Shown here: positions 29,558-38,926 of the stretch, in pieces
How positions within the stretch are numbered: position 1 is the first letter of the stretch
How the letters are laid out: the number at the start of each line of letters is the position of its first letter
Assembly: GCA_026392515.1 (NCBI GenBank)
Contig: JAPLBY010000030.1
Coordinates: 2,902-66,901, forward strand
Direction of reading: 5' to 3'
From: Actinomycetota bacterium
GTDB taxonomy: Bacteria; Actinomycetota; Actinomycetes; S36-B12; UBA5976
DNA: 64,000 nucleotides
The notes under the pieces: model-generated
What the model was told of the DNA's origin: nothing
What the model saw: only the letters and a program-made list of their open reading frames with translations
The model's database searches: none
Position numbers and translations under genes: made by a program

Positions 29558-30060
29558 CTAACTTGATGTAGCCATCTAACTGGCACACCATCACCGGCAT
29601 ACCTAAAAGGTTCTAGTTCGCGATCCCATGGTCCACCCATAACTTCGTCAACGGCATCTACTAACGAATTTCCAGCAGAAGTTGCATTCGCGATTGCAGT
29701 GCGAAGTTTTTCATCCGAAATAAAGCTTTCGCCAAAGAAGCCCATTGGACTTCGCCAAATACCAAGGGAAGGCGTGGATACAAATCGTTGACCATCAAAG
29801 CCCGCACTTGGTTCTTCAGTTACTTCGAACCTAAGGTTTGGAAAGCCACGAAGGGCTGAGGCCATCTTTGCTGATAAGTCAGCGGCACCGATCCACGACA
29901 TCTCACTGCGCACAGTTCCAGGAGCAACGGGCTGTTCAACCCAATCAAGATTTACTGGTGTACCCAACAGGCCACCTAAAGCCCACTCGATATGGGCAGT
30001 TAAAGCTCGTGGCGTGCTGTGAATGAACACGACCCCACGAGTTGTTGACGTATACGCCAT
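29554..30060 (-). CDS. DUF3145 domain protein
   Basis: MAYTSTTRGVVFIHSTPRALTAHIEWAL is typical of DUF3145. The ATG at 30060 is preceded by AGGAGG with a 6-nt spacer. The tracked ORF extension to 30186 is probably untranslated. Confidence 0.75.
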   Translation of the reverse strand: MAYTSTTRGVVFIHSTPRALTAHIEWALGGLLGTPVNLDWVEQPVAPGTVRSEMSWIGAADLSAKMASALRGFPNLRFEVTEEPSAGFDGQRFVSTPSLGIWRSPMGFFGESFISDEKLRTAIANATSAGNSLVDAVDEVMGGPWDRELEPFRYAGDGVPVRWLHQVS

Positions 30061-30066
30061 CTCTTG

Positions 30067-30122
30067 CCTCCTAGCCTTTCCTACAAATTGCCTTCCCCGA
30101 CATGTTGTAGGACTCCTAGGAG
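30067..30122 (-). promoter_or_regulatory. 5'-UTR hairpin / inverted repeat covering the DUF3145 Shine-Dalgarno sequence
   Basis: Nested inverted repeats: CTCCTAG (30068-30074) with CTAGGAG (30116-30122), and TCCTACAA (30079-30086) with TTGTAGGA (30105-30112). The SD AGGAGG (30067-30072) lies in the outer stem. Confidence 0.45.
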
Positions 30123-30206
30123 CACTTAGGAAGAGAATAACCCCACTGGTCACAGAATTACCACCAGAGCCAGTAAATTGACGCAAACTAGCGCAAATTG
30201 CCTTAA

Positions 30207-31109
30207 CTAATGGGTTTTAGCCCGGCTTCGGCGCTCCCAAGCTCGGCAAGCATATTCAACAGCTACCGCATAGATTGCGCCAAGAATGGCATCAAATATG
30301 TAGTGCTCACCGCCGAATACCAAGGCAAAGAACATCAAGGCAACATAGAAAGTTAGGAACGCTTTCATCTTTAGGCCAACTCGGGCCCAGAAGAACAATG
30401 TGATCGTGACCGCCATACCTGCGTGAAGTGAAGGAATCGCAGCGACTTGGTTAACCACGCCTTGGCCCAAGGAAATGATCTGACCGGCAATCGGCAGGCC
30501 AATGATCTCCCAACCTCTGGTGGCAATTCGAACTACTGGTTCACAAAGACCTTCACGTGCGGCATACCAAGGTGGCGCTGCTGGGATCAAAATGTAAGTG
30601 ATTAATGCAGCAAATGAAATCGTGATGACACGACGGGCAAACTTCGCCCATAGCTCTCGGTTCTTTACATACAGGATTCCAACTATCGCCCAAGGTGCAA
30701 CGAAGTGCGAGACATAAACTAGCGCAACTAAAGATTCCCACCAAGCGATTTGATTTGGATCGTAAAGATGTTGTTGCAACCAAACGGTTGGAATTTTGTC
30801 TTCGAATAACCAACCAAACCAAGCCAATTCAATGTTGTAGATTTCCTCGACTCGAACTTTGAAACCAAAGGTATCAGCTGCGCCACGGGAATAGTCATAT
30901 CCGTACAACAAGATTGCAAATGGCACCCAGTCGGCAAACACCCGAATTGAGCGCGTTGTGGTGCCAATTGAAAAGGCAAGTGCCGCAGTAATGATGATCA
31001 GAAACTGGGTAGCTCGATCAAACGGAATGCCTTGCCACAGCACATACCCACCGGTAGCAAGTGCCCATATCGCCACAGCAAACTTTCGTTCATTGGGCCA
31101 ATTGGACAT
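30207..31109 (-). CDS. PAP2-superfamily membrane protein (inositol-phosphoceramide synthase / phosphatase-like)
   Basis: Polytopic ORF with AAPPWY and IPSLHAGMAV motifs seen in the PAP2_3/Aur1-like family. I chose the ATG at 31109 (MSNWPNERKF...). The upstream extension has no protein-like features. Confidence 0.6.
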   Translation of the reverse strand: MSNWPNERKFAVAIWALATGGYVLWQGIPFDRATQFLIIITAALAFSIGTTTRSIRVFADWVPFAILLYGYDYSRGAADTFGFKVRVEEIYNIELAWFGWLFEDKIPTVWLQQHLYDPNQIAWWESLVALVYVSHFVAPWAIVGILYVKNRELWAKFARRVITISFAALITYILIPAAPPWYAAREGLCEPVVRIATRGWEIIGLPIAGQIISLGQGVVNQVAAIPSLHAGMAVTITLFFWARVGLKMKAFLTFYVALMFFALVFGGEHYIFDAILGAIYAVAVEYACRAWERRSRAKTH

Positions 31110-31176
31110 TAGATTACGTGTGCTTTCTTTTTGGGTTCGTATCAGCCTAATCGATTGCCTCAGGCAGAATAGAGAC

Positions 31177-31863
31177 ATGTCCGCGCTTCGCATCAGCCAA
31201 GTTTCCAGCATTGAAGAAATGGAAGCAGTCAGCGCATTTCTATGCAAAGTGTGGGCTGGCGGACCTGAAGTAGTCCCATTTGATTTAGGTATAGCCGTGC
31301 TACATGTCGGTGCGTATTGCAGCGCAGCTTATGACGGCGATGAGATGGTGGCTGCATCGTTTGGATTCCGTGGCGTTTTTGATGGCAAAGACATCCTGCA
31401 TTCTCATGTCACCGGTTCATTTCAACCTGGCGCGGGCTATGAACTTAAGCAACATCAGTTCAAATGGGCAAAGCAAGAGGGTCTAGCCGGAATCACTTGG
31501 TCCTTTGATCCCCTGGTTCGCCGTAACTGTGTCTTTAACTTCGACAAACTTGGTGCAACCGCCGTTGAGTATTTGCCAAATTTCTACGGCACTATGACAG
31601 ATGAAATCAACGCTGGCGATGACTCAGATCGACTATTCGTCTACTGGGATCTGGCGCAAGGTAAGGCTGGTGAAAGTGTGTCACCAGATGCAATCACTGT
31701 TGAGATTCCCGAGGACATAGAGGCGCTTCGCCGAACCGATCTTGCGGCAGCAAAAGTTTGGCGAGCTCAAACTCGCGAGACTTTAGAGCCCTTAATGGCA
31801 AAAGGTTGGACCATCAAGGCAATGCAAGATCGAACTCACTTACTAGTAGAGCCACCGAAGTAA
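31177..31863 (+). CDS. Conserved hypothetical protein, GNAT-fold-like, partnered with MenC-family enzyme
   Basis: 228 aa from the ATG at 31177. The tracked N-terminal 73 aa overlap the opposite-strand PAP2 gene. HSHVTG...GYELKQHQFKWAKQEGL resembles an acetyltransferase core. The family call is weak. Confidence 0.5.
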   Translation: MSALRISQVSSIEEMEAVSAFLCKVWAGGPEVVPFDLGIAVLHVGAYCSAAYDGDEMVAASFGFRGVFDGKDILHSHVTGSFQPGAGYELKQHQFKWAKQEGLAGITWSFDPLVRRNCVFNFDKLGATAVEYLPNFYGTMTDEINAGDDSDRLFVYWDLAQGKAGESVSPDAITVEIPEDIEALRRTDLAAAKVWRAQTRETLEPLMAKGWTIKAMQDRTHLLVEPPK

Positions 31864-31872
31864 AGGGACAAA

Positions 31873-32979
31873 ATGAAACTCGAAGCTGTTGAACTAATTC
31901 GTCTTGATGTTCCGCTGAAGTCTGCCTTTCGCACATCCGAGGGCTCAGTAACAGTTCATGAAGTTGTGTGGGTGCACGCGATCACTGATGTTGGTGAAGG
32001 CTGGGCTGAGTGTGCGGCCAACGCGCTTCCTGATTATTCAAGTGAGTATCACACGGCCGCTGCTGGAGTACTCCGCGATTTCTTTATCCCAGAAGCCATG
32101 AAACTTGGTAATCAATTAACTGCTGAAGCAATTGCCCCAGCACTGCATTGGGCTAAAGGTCATCGCATGGCAAAGGCCGCATTAGAAACTGCTGTGCTAG
32201 ATGCGCAATTGCGGGCAAGTGGCACTTCCTTTGCAACTTACTTAGGTGCCACTAAGACAAAAGTTCCTGCCGGTGTTTCAGTAGGCATCATGGACACCTT
32301 GCCTGAGTTAATGAAAACCGTTGAGGGCTACCTTGCTGATGGCTATCTGCGAATCAAACTAAAGATCGAACCTGGCTGGGATTACGAACCAGTGAAGCTA
32401 GTGCGCGAAACTTTTGGTCCTAACCTACTACTTCAAGTTGATGCGAATACTGCCTACACGCGGGATGATTTTGATCGACTAAAGCGTCTCGATGAGTTCA
32501 ATCTCTTGCTGATTGAACAACCAATCGAAGAAGAAGACATCTTGGGTCATGCTCGGTTAGCTGAATACATAACGACCCCAGTTTGCTTGGATGAATCAAT
32601 TGTTTCTGCTGGAGTTGCGCGAGATGCAATTGAAATCGGAGCCACCTCGATTATCAACATAAAGCCAGCTCGCGTTGGTGGCTACATCGAAGCCGTAAAG
32701 ATTCACAATGTTGCCCAAGCCGCTGGAATTCCAGTTTGGTGTGGTGGCATGTTGGAAACTGGTATCGGACGAGCGGCAAACTTGGCACTAGCTGCACTGC
32801 CTAACTTCACATTGCCAGGCGACACTTCGGCTTCGGCTCGTTACTTTGAGACCGATACCACCGAGCCATTTGTTTTGGTTAATGGGCACATCGATGTGCC
32901 AACAGGTCCTGGAATTGGTGTTGATCCGATTCGCGAAGTCGTAGACAGATTCACTGTCTCAACTGAATGGGTTAAGTAA
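31873..32979 (+). CDS. menC: o-Succinylbenzoate synthase / N-succinylamino acid racemase (enolase superfamily, MenC family)
   Basis: Collinear by eye with Amycolatopsis NAAAR/OSBS: RIKLKIEPGWDYEPV, QVDANTAYT, LIEQP, CLDESI, NIKPARVGG, NFTLPGDTSAS. Confidence 0.85.
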   Translation: MKLEAVELIRLDVPLKSAFRTSEGSVTVHEVVWVHAITDVGEGWAECAANALPDYSSEYHTAAAGVLRDFFIPEAMKLGNQLTAEAIAPALHWAKGHRMAKAALETAVLDAQLRASGTSFATYLGATKTKVPAGVSVGIMDTLPELMKTVEGYLADGYLRIKLKIEPGWDYEPVKLVRETFGPNLLLQVDANTAYTRDDFDRLKRLDEFNLLLIEQPIEEEDILGHARLAEYITTPVCLDESIVSAGVARDAIEIGATSIINIKPARVGGYIEAVKIHNVAQAAGIPVWCGGMLETGIGRAANLALAALPNFTLPGDTSASARYFETDTTEPFVLVNGHIDVPTGPGIGVDPIREVVDRFTVSTEWVK

Positions 32980-33474
32980 CTACTTCTTTGGTCCAGAATT
33001 CTTTGGTCCAGAAGTTCTTGGCTTGAGTCCTGGAACTAAACCAGGCACTTTGTTCATGTACTCGGCATATCCCCTGTATTTGGCCGAAAGCAAAACTTCT
33101 TCCCAGCGCATTTTGTAAGTCAACAAAACAGCAAGTGCTACCCAAACAATGATCTGTGCCCAAACGCCACTTGAAATTACAAGTCCAAGGGTGATTATCA
33201 AAAGTCCTAAATAGATTGGATGACGCACGATGCTGTAGATGCCCGTTGTTACCAATACCCCATCAGCATTTGGCACCGGATTGGCTGTTAATGACTTTCC
33301 TAGTCCCCTAAATCCTGTAAACAGTAGAACTAGTCCAATGGCGATTAACACGGTGCCAGCGATGTTTAACCACGGCGCAACAGTTGCGCTATCCGGGAAA
33401 ATGGCCAACACAATAATCAAGGCAAACTGCAGAAAGACCAGTCTCTTACCTTTTTGCAAATCATCCATACTCAA
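32980..33474 (-). CDS. Isoprenylcysteine carboxyl methyltransferase (ICMT/PEMT) family membrane protein
   Basis: 164-aa ORF with 4-5 TM segments and the hallmark GIYSIVRHPIYLG. Confidence 0.8.
   Translation of the reverse strand: MSMDDLQKGKRLVFLQFALIIVLAIFPDSATVAPWLNIAGTVLIAIGLVLLFTGFRGLGKSLTANPVPNADGVLVTTGIYSIVRHPIYLGLLIITLGLVISSGVWAQIIVWVALAVLLTYKMRWEEVLLSAKYRGYAEYMNKVPGLVPGLKPRTSGPKNSGPKK
32984..33013 (-). repeat. Perfect 15-bp tandem duplication at the 3' end of the ICMT-family gene
   Basis: TTCTTTGGTCCAGAA occurs twice back to back (32984-32998 and 32999-33013). It encodes SGPKN-SGPKK at the C-terminus. Confidence 0.9.
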
Positions 33475-33510
33475 ATTCTACCCGTCAATAAATCGCGCTA
33501 ACCTCTATGT

Positions 33511-34059
33511 GTGATCAAAAAGCTTTCGGCCAGCCTCATAGCAGCGCTGCTGATTGCTGGCTGTGGTGTTGAGATTCCAGCAGGATATCGACCTTCGCAA
33601 AGCGCGGTGCCTAAGGCCTCGATCACCGAGATTGCAATTGATCAGCGAACTGAGCCAATAGAAATATTAGGTCCTGGCCTTAATGGCGGCACTATCACCA
33701 CTGAAGACATGTCAGGCATTGTCATTGTTAATGCTTGGGCTTCTTGGTGTCCGCCGTGTCGCGAGGAATGGCCAATCTTTGTTGAAATTCAGAATGAGTT
33801 TTCTGAGGTAAACCTGCTTGGCCTAAATGAAGCCGACGATAAAGGCGCAGCCGCTGAATTCTTAAGTTCCCAAGAAGGTAGCTGGCCACACATCAGTGAC
33901 CCAAACCAGGCCATCGCCGCAAAGTCGGAAGTAGTGCAAGGCAGCTACTTACCGGGCACCATAATTCTGGACAAGCAACACCGGGTTGCAGCCAAATTCA
34001 TCGGACCCGTCAATAAAGAAGACTTAAGTCGAATCCTGAATCAACTCCTTGCGGAGTAG
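33511..34059 (+). CDS. TlpA/ResA-family thiol-disulfide oxidoreductase lipoprotein
   Basis: Lipobox LIAGCG and thioredoxin motif WASWCPPCREE. Confidence 0.85.
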   Translation: MIKKLSASLIAALLIAGCGVEIPAGYRPSQSAVPKASITEIAIDQRTEPIEILGPGLNGGTITTEDMSGIVIVNAWASWCPPCREEWPIFVEIQNEFSEVNLLGLNEADDKGAAAEFLSSQEGSWPHISDPNQAIAAKSEVVQGSYLPGTIILDKQHRVAAKFIGPVNKEDLSRILNQLLAE

Positions 34060-35667
34060 TTAACCGATTGATTCGCCAGCAGCTTCTTGCTTTGCTGCAT
34101 GATGCTCGGCCCCAGTTCGCAGTGGCACTTCGCGCAAGAACAACGCCATTATGAAGCCAGCTGCAGTAAGTGGAACTGCGGCTAAGAACACAACATGGAA
34201 CGACTGAACAAACGCGTGGTAAATAACTTCCTGAAGTTCAGGAGTGAATGTCGTAATCACAGACGTATTGTTCTTTAATTGTTCGAATGCTTCAGGCGTT
34301 GCGCCGGCTAAAGCCGCAGGATTAGTTGCGGCTAATTCCTCGACACCCTTCGGCAAGTTGATTGCCAGGCGACTCGCATAAAGTGAGCCAAATAGCGCAA
34401 CACCAATAGTGGAACCAATTGATCTGAAGAAGGTATTTGCACTGGTTGCAATTCCAAGATCCTTCATATCAACTGAATTTTGTAAGGCGATAACGATGGT
34501 CTGCATGGAAAGTCCAAGGCCCGCACCAATCAGCACTGCATAGATTGAAAGCTGCCAAAACGGCGTTGTTTCATTCAAAGTCGCAAGCATTGCAATTCCG
34601 ACAGTCATAAGCGCTAGACCCATGACTGGGAATCGCTTGTAGTGACCATGCTTACTAATTAGCTTTCCACTAACAATGGACATCGAAACGATTCCCAACA
34701 TGAATGGAATCAATTTCAACCCAGCCACCGTTGCCGAGTCTCCTTGCACAACTTGCAAATAGAGCGGCAACATTACGATCGCGCCAAACATGCCCGCACC
34801 AATAATTGCGCCAAGGGCTGATGTTAACGAGAACGTGTGATTCTTAAACAAATCCAAAGGCAAAATCGGTTCAGTGGCTCGTAGTTCCTGCATTAAGAAA
34901 ACAACTGCCAGAACAATTGCTAGTCCGATAGTTGCTAGCGTCTTTGAACTTAACCAGCCAGCCTCTGGCCCGAAAACCGAAATTCCGATTAGCAGCGCAG
35001 TTACGGATGAAACCATAAGTAATGCACCCAAGTAATCAATGCTGTGTTCCCGGCGAATGTTTGCATTCTTAAGTGATGATGACGTCAAAATCAGGGCGAG
35101 AATGCCGAATGGAAGGTTGATGTAGAAAATCCAGCGCCAGCCAGCTACCCCAAGGATTGTGTCTGCATCCGAAAAGAAACCACCAAGTAGCGGTCCGGCA
35201 ACAGCAGCCAGTCCCCAGACTGCGCCGAAGTAACCCTGATACTTTCCGCGTTCGCGCGGAGAAACTAGGTCGCCGATGATGACGAAAGTAAGCGCCATCA
35301 AACCACCGGCGCCAAGGCCCTGGATGGCGCGGAAGGCAATGAGTTGGCCCATGCTCTGAGAGGCGCCAGCTAGGAACGAACCAATCAAGAATGTGACGAT
35401 TGCGAATTGGAATACTGGACGGCGACCATAAAGGTCAGAAATCTTGCCATATAGAGGTGTTGATGCAGTTGATGTCAGCAAATAGGCAGTGACAACCCAG
35501 GTGTAGTGAGACAGACCATTGAAGTCTTCAACGATGCTCTTTAGGGCTGTTGAAACAATGGTTTGATCTAGCGCGGCCAGCAACATACCAACCATCAGGC
35601 CGCTGAGGACCACCATGATTTCTTTATGAGTTGCTTGGCTAGTTGGAGTTGGCGTCTGGGCAGTCAT
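34060..35667 (-). CDS. MFS transporter, DHA2 (14-TMS, EmrB/QacA) family
   Basis: 535-aa ORF with about 14 hydrophobic segments and motif GKISDLYGRRP (MFS motif A). Confidence 0.85.
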   Translation of the reverse strand: MTAQTPTPTSQATHKEIMVVLSGLMVGMLLAALDQTIVSTALKSIVEDFNGLSHYTWVVTAYLLTSTASTPLYGKISDLYGRRPVFQFAIVTFLIGSFLAGASQSMGQLIAFRAIQGLGAGGLMALTFVIIGDLVSPRERGKYQGYFGAVWGLAAVAGPLLGGFFSDADTILGVAGWRWIFYINLPFGILALILTSSSLKNANIRREHSIDYLGALLMVSSVTALLIGISVFGPEAGWLSSKTLATIGLAIVLAVVFLMQELRATEPILPLDLFKNHTFSLTSALGAIIGAGMFGAIVMLPLYLQVVQGDSATVAGLKLIPFMLGIVSMSIVSGKLISKHGHYKRFPVMGLALMTVGIAMLATLNETTPFWQLSIYAVLIGAGLGLSMQTIVIALQNSVDMKDLGIATSANTFFRSIGSTIGVALFGSLYASRLAINLPKGVEELAATNPAALAGATPEAFEQLKNNTSVITTFTPELQEVIYHAFVQSFHVVFLAAVPLTAAGFIMALFLREVPLRTGAEHHAAKQEAAGESIG

Positions 35668-35750
35668 TGCTGTTCCTTAGTGGAAAACATAGATTTGGTT
35701 GAACTTTCAACCTCAGGCTACACCCGAACCACATGTGGTTGAATGAAGGT

Positions 35751-35930
35751 ATGGCTAATTCACCTAAAGAATCAGATCCGACAAAAGCGGCATTTCTTGC
35801 TGCCCTTGAAAAGAAGAAGTCACAAGGCGCCAAGGGAACTAGCGCTGGCACTACTGCTGAAAATGCTAAAGCTAAATCTTCTGGCCCAACTGCTCGCCGA
35901 ATTGAACGTCGCCGAAGCGGCAGCTCTTAA
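35751..35930 (+). CDS. DUF5302 family small basic protein
   Basis: MANSPKESDPTKAAFLAALEKKK...RRIERRRSGSS matches the actinobacterial DUF5302 pattern (FxxALxxKK...RRKSG). Confidence 0.6.
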   Translation: MANSPKESDPTKAAFLAALEKKKSQGAKGTSAGTTAENAKAKSSGPTARRIERRRSGSS

Positions 35931-38359
35931 ACTCGAATTCGAGAACCTGTCGGATCAAATACTGCATCTGGCGTAACTACTGCGCTGACTTTTCGGCCAC
36001 CACATGAAATTGAAACTACTTGACCTTCTTTAGTGTCGATCGGTAACCAGGCAAGTGCAACAGGCGCACCAACAGACCAGCCAAACTCAGCGCTAGTTAC
36101 GTAGCCAGCATTGCGATCTCCGATAAACACAGGCTGACTTACTGTTGGAACTAGATCGACTTCCGAAAGCTGCAGTGTTCTCAGTCTTCGCGTTGCAGGT
36201 TGAGTGGCTGCACTAAGTCCAATGTGATCACCGTCTGCGCGCACAGCAAACTCAAGGCCGGCGCTCGTTGGAGTGTCTTCCCGACTCATGTCACTTCCCC
36301 AAGCTCGGTATCCCTTTTCTAAACGCAGACTAGTCAGCGCGCTTCGCCCTGCTGGGATGGCGCCAACTTTATTTGCCTGTTCCATGATTGCGTTCCAAAG
36401 CTTCTTTCCGCCTGAAACATCGCAAGCAACTTCCCAGCCGAGTTCGCCAACATAAGAAACTCGAACAGCAGTTACATCAACTCCAGAAACGGATGTTTCT
36501 TTGGCTGAGAAGTACTTGAAAGTGTCATTGGTTAAGTCAGTATCTGTGATTGGCGACAGGATGTCTCGGGCAGCTGGTCCCCACACAGCAACACATGTCG
36601 TGCCGTTAGTAACGTCGGAAATCTGCACATCGAATCCGACCGAGATTGACTTGAGCCAAACTTCGTCTCTCGGGCTATTGCCGCCGACTAAGAACCGATC
36701 TTCAGCTAGTTGGCTGATAGTTACATCCGAAACTATGCCGCCATTGTGATCCAAGAGCATTGTGTAAGTTACTGACCCAACTCCCCTCGCCACGTTACGT
36801 GCAGCTGCGCGATCCAAGAAGGCGCCTGCATCAGGGCCAGTGACGGTGATTCGACGAAGTGAGGTCATGTCAAAGATGCCAGCAACTTCACGCGTCTTGA
36901 GATGTTCGGCGCCAGAAATTGGTGACCAGAATTTACGAGACCACTCATCACGTGCCGGAACACTCATTCCTGCAAGCAATCCAGCGTTTGATTCGAACCA
37001 ACGAGGACGCTCCCAGCCGGAAGTATCAAAGAAGGCAGCACCTAACTTTTCTTGCTCGTCATAAAACGGAGACATCCGAACCCCGCGTGGGCTAGTTGAA
37101 GGTTCGGCTGGATGGTGAATTGCGTAAGTATCGATGTAGGCGTTGTCACAGCGCTGTGCAAAATCAGCTGGAACTAGTTCGGCATCATCAAAGCGAGTTA
37201 AATCTGCTGGAGCGAAATCAATATCAGGTGCGATGCCACAAATCGCCTGCGCCAAAGAACGCGCTGCACCAATGGAATGAGTTGCCCAGAGACATTCAAG
37301 TATCCAAAGGCCATCAACGCTTGGCGCTGGACCCATTAGCGGAAAGCCATCGGCGGAATATGGGAAGACGCCGTTGTAAGCCTGTTCATATTTCAAACCA
37401 GACAAAACTGGCATTACCTCTAGCGTTTCAACCCAGGCTTGATCCCAATCAACCTGAGTAAATGGCAACTTGGATGGATCTTCTAAAGTCGCAGCGTTGT
37501 TGACCATGTCAGAATCACTAACGGGTAGCGCGCGATGGTTAAACGAACCGATTCCGGCTTTGTCACCTTCGTCGCGCACGTAAGTGCCCGCTTCGTAAAT
37601 TCGCACAAACGGAACGCTGGCGTCACCATCTCGGCCTTTTGCCAACACAGACACCGGCTCGGTAACTGCGTATTGATGTTCCATGGAAACTAAAGGCAAA
37701 GTCACGCCAGCCGTGGAGGCGATAGAACTTCCCCATCCACCGGCAGCAATTACAACTAAGTCAGCCGGGATCACGCCTGTGGCAGTTCTTACGCCAGTAA
37801 CTTTTGATCCGACAGTTTCAATTCCAGTCACCGTGGTGTTGCCGATAAATGTTGCACCGTTTGATTGCGCTCGTTCTCCTTGAGCTTGGGCTCCCCTAAG
37901 TGCCTTGCCAATGCCTTCGCCAGTTGTGTGAAAACCACCAATGAAAGTACTTGGATCTAACAATGGATTTAAGTTCGCGCATTCTTCAGGTGACAACATC
38001 TCGGCACTAAAGCCCCATGAGGCTGCAAATTCAGTGCGACGTACTAAGTAATTTAGACGCTCTGGAGTTAGCGCCACTTCAATTGATCCAACTGGATAAA
38101 AGCAAGGATCCCCAGCAACATCCATGCTTAAAAGCTTTGTAATTGTGTAATCGGCAAATCGATGCATCATCTTTGAAGTGCTGGTGCGAGTTACTAAACC
38201 TGGCGCATGTGAGGTAGCGCCACCGGTTTTCCAGATTGGTCCCTGATCAACAACGGTCACATCGCGCTGCCCGAGTTGCGTCAACTCGTCGGCTAACCCC
38301 GTGCCGGCAATACCTGCGCCAACAATAACAATCTTTAAGTTTGCCAACTCAATCTCCAC
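35927..38359 (-). CDS. FAD-dependent oxidoreductase fused to GcvT-like domain (second DMGDH/sarcosine dehydrogenase-like paralog)
   Basis: 810-aa ORF. N-terminal IVIVGAGIAGTGLADEL (DAO fold). C-terminal aminomethyltransferase-like domain (LEKGYRAWG). Confidence 0.85.
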   Translation of the reverse strand: MEIELANLKIVIVGAGIAGTGLADELTQLGQRDVTVVDQGPIWKTGGATSHAPGLVTRTSTSKMMHRFADYTITKLLSMDVAGDPCFYPVGSIEVALTPERLNYLVRRTEFAASWGFSAEMLSPEECANLNPLLDPSTFIGGFHTTGEGIGKALRGAQAQGERAQSNGATFIGNTTVTGIETVGSKVTGVRTATGVIPADLVVIAAGGWGSSIASTAGVTLPLVSMEHQYAVTEPVSVLAKGRDGDASVPFVRIYEAGTYVRDEGDKAGIGSFNHRALPVSDSDMVNNAATLEDPSKLPFTQVDWDQAWVETLEVMPVLSGLKYEQAYNGVFPYSADGFPLMGPAPSVDGLWILECLWATHSIGAARSLAQAICGIAPDIDFAPADLTRFDDAELVPADFAQRCDNAYIDTYAIHHPAEPSTSPRGVRMSPFYDEQEKLGAAFFDTSGWERPRWFESNAGLLAGMSVPARDEWSRKFWSPISGAEHLKTREVAGIFDMTSLRRITVTGPDAGAFLDRAAARNVARGVGSVTYTMLLDHNGGIVSDVTISQLAEDRFLVGGNSPRDEVWLKSISVGFDVQISDVTNGTTCVAVWGPAARDILSPITDTDLTNDTFKYFSAKETSVSGVDVTAVRVSYVGELGWEVACDVSGGKKLWNAIMEQANKVGAIPAGRSALTSLRLEKGYRAWGSDMSREDTPTSAGLEFAVRADGDHIGLSAATQPATRRLRTLQLSEVDLVPTVSQPVFIGDRNAGYVTSAEFGWSVGAPVALAWLPIDTKEGQVVSISCGGRKVSAVVTPDAVFDPTGSRIRV

Positions 38360-38462
38360 TATTTGGTGTTGCGAGAATGCTATCTAATATTCCAATCTGC
38401 TACCCTTTAAGTGGCCAAATCGAAGATTTCGAATTGGTTTTGTTGTTCTCTACGGAGGAAGA

Positions 38463-38879
38463 ATGACTTCAACAACTGCTGCAAAGCGTCCGGGTATGGT
38501 GACGTTCCTGGCGGCCTTGATCTGGCTTATCGCAATCTTTAACGTTGGATTCGGCGTTCTAATGGTCCTATCACCTATCGGCGAGAACCCAACCGTGCTT
38601 AGCGCTGCTGGTGGACTTTCAATCGAAATCTCAACTTTCTACCTACTGCTAAATGGCCTGCTTTCTATCGTGCTTGGCCTTATATATGTAACTATCTCGA
38701 AGATGATCTTGATCGGTTCCCGTTCAGCACAGGTAGTAATTCAGGCACTTGCTGTAATCAACATCATCTTTGGCTTCATGCGCCTGCCATACGGCTGGGT
38801 TCCAATTGCATTGAACGTCATTGCATTGCTAGTTGTTAGCACTTCCAAGGCAAATGCTTGGTTCAGAACTGCTGAGTAA
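38463..38879 (+). CDS. Small integral membrane protein (4 predicted TM helices), function unknown
   Basis: 138-aa ORF with four long hydrophobic stretches. RBS GGAGGAAG lies upstream. No recognisable motif. Confidence 0.6.
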   Translation: MTSTTAAKRPGMVTFLAALIWLIAIFNVGFGVLMVLSPIGENPTVLSAAGGLSIEISTFYLLLNGLLSIVLGLIYVTISKMILIGSRSAQVVIQALAVINIIFGFMRLPYGWVPIALNVIALLVVSTSKANAWFRTAE

Positions 38880-38890
38880 TTAAGCGCACG

Positions 38891-38926
38891 CAGCCCGCAT
38901 CTCTAGTGGTGCGGGCTGTTTTGCTT
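38891..38926 (+). terminator. Intrinsic terminator
   Basis: Perfect 9-bp stem CAGCCCGCA / TGCGGGCTG with an 11-nt loop, followed by TTTTGCTTT, 12 nt after the stop at 38879. Confidence 0.75.

Noticed and set aside
30061-30186. Upstream extension of the DUF3145 ORF (MRQFTGSGGNS...)
   Set aside because: The family-typical N-terminus MAYTSTTRG starts at 30060 with an AGGAGG RBS. The extension is better explained as a structured 5' UTR.
30958-31176. N-terminal 73 codons of the tracked ORF 30958-31863
   Set aside because: They overlap the opposite-strand PAP2 gene and have odd composition. A clean ATG at 31177 begins the conserved part.
35743-35976. 77-aa ORF in an alternative frame to the DUF5302 gene
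   Set aside because: The overlapping frame gives a family-typical DUF5302 sequence, whereas this frame has no recognisable features and runs into the convergent gene.
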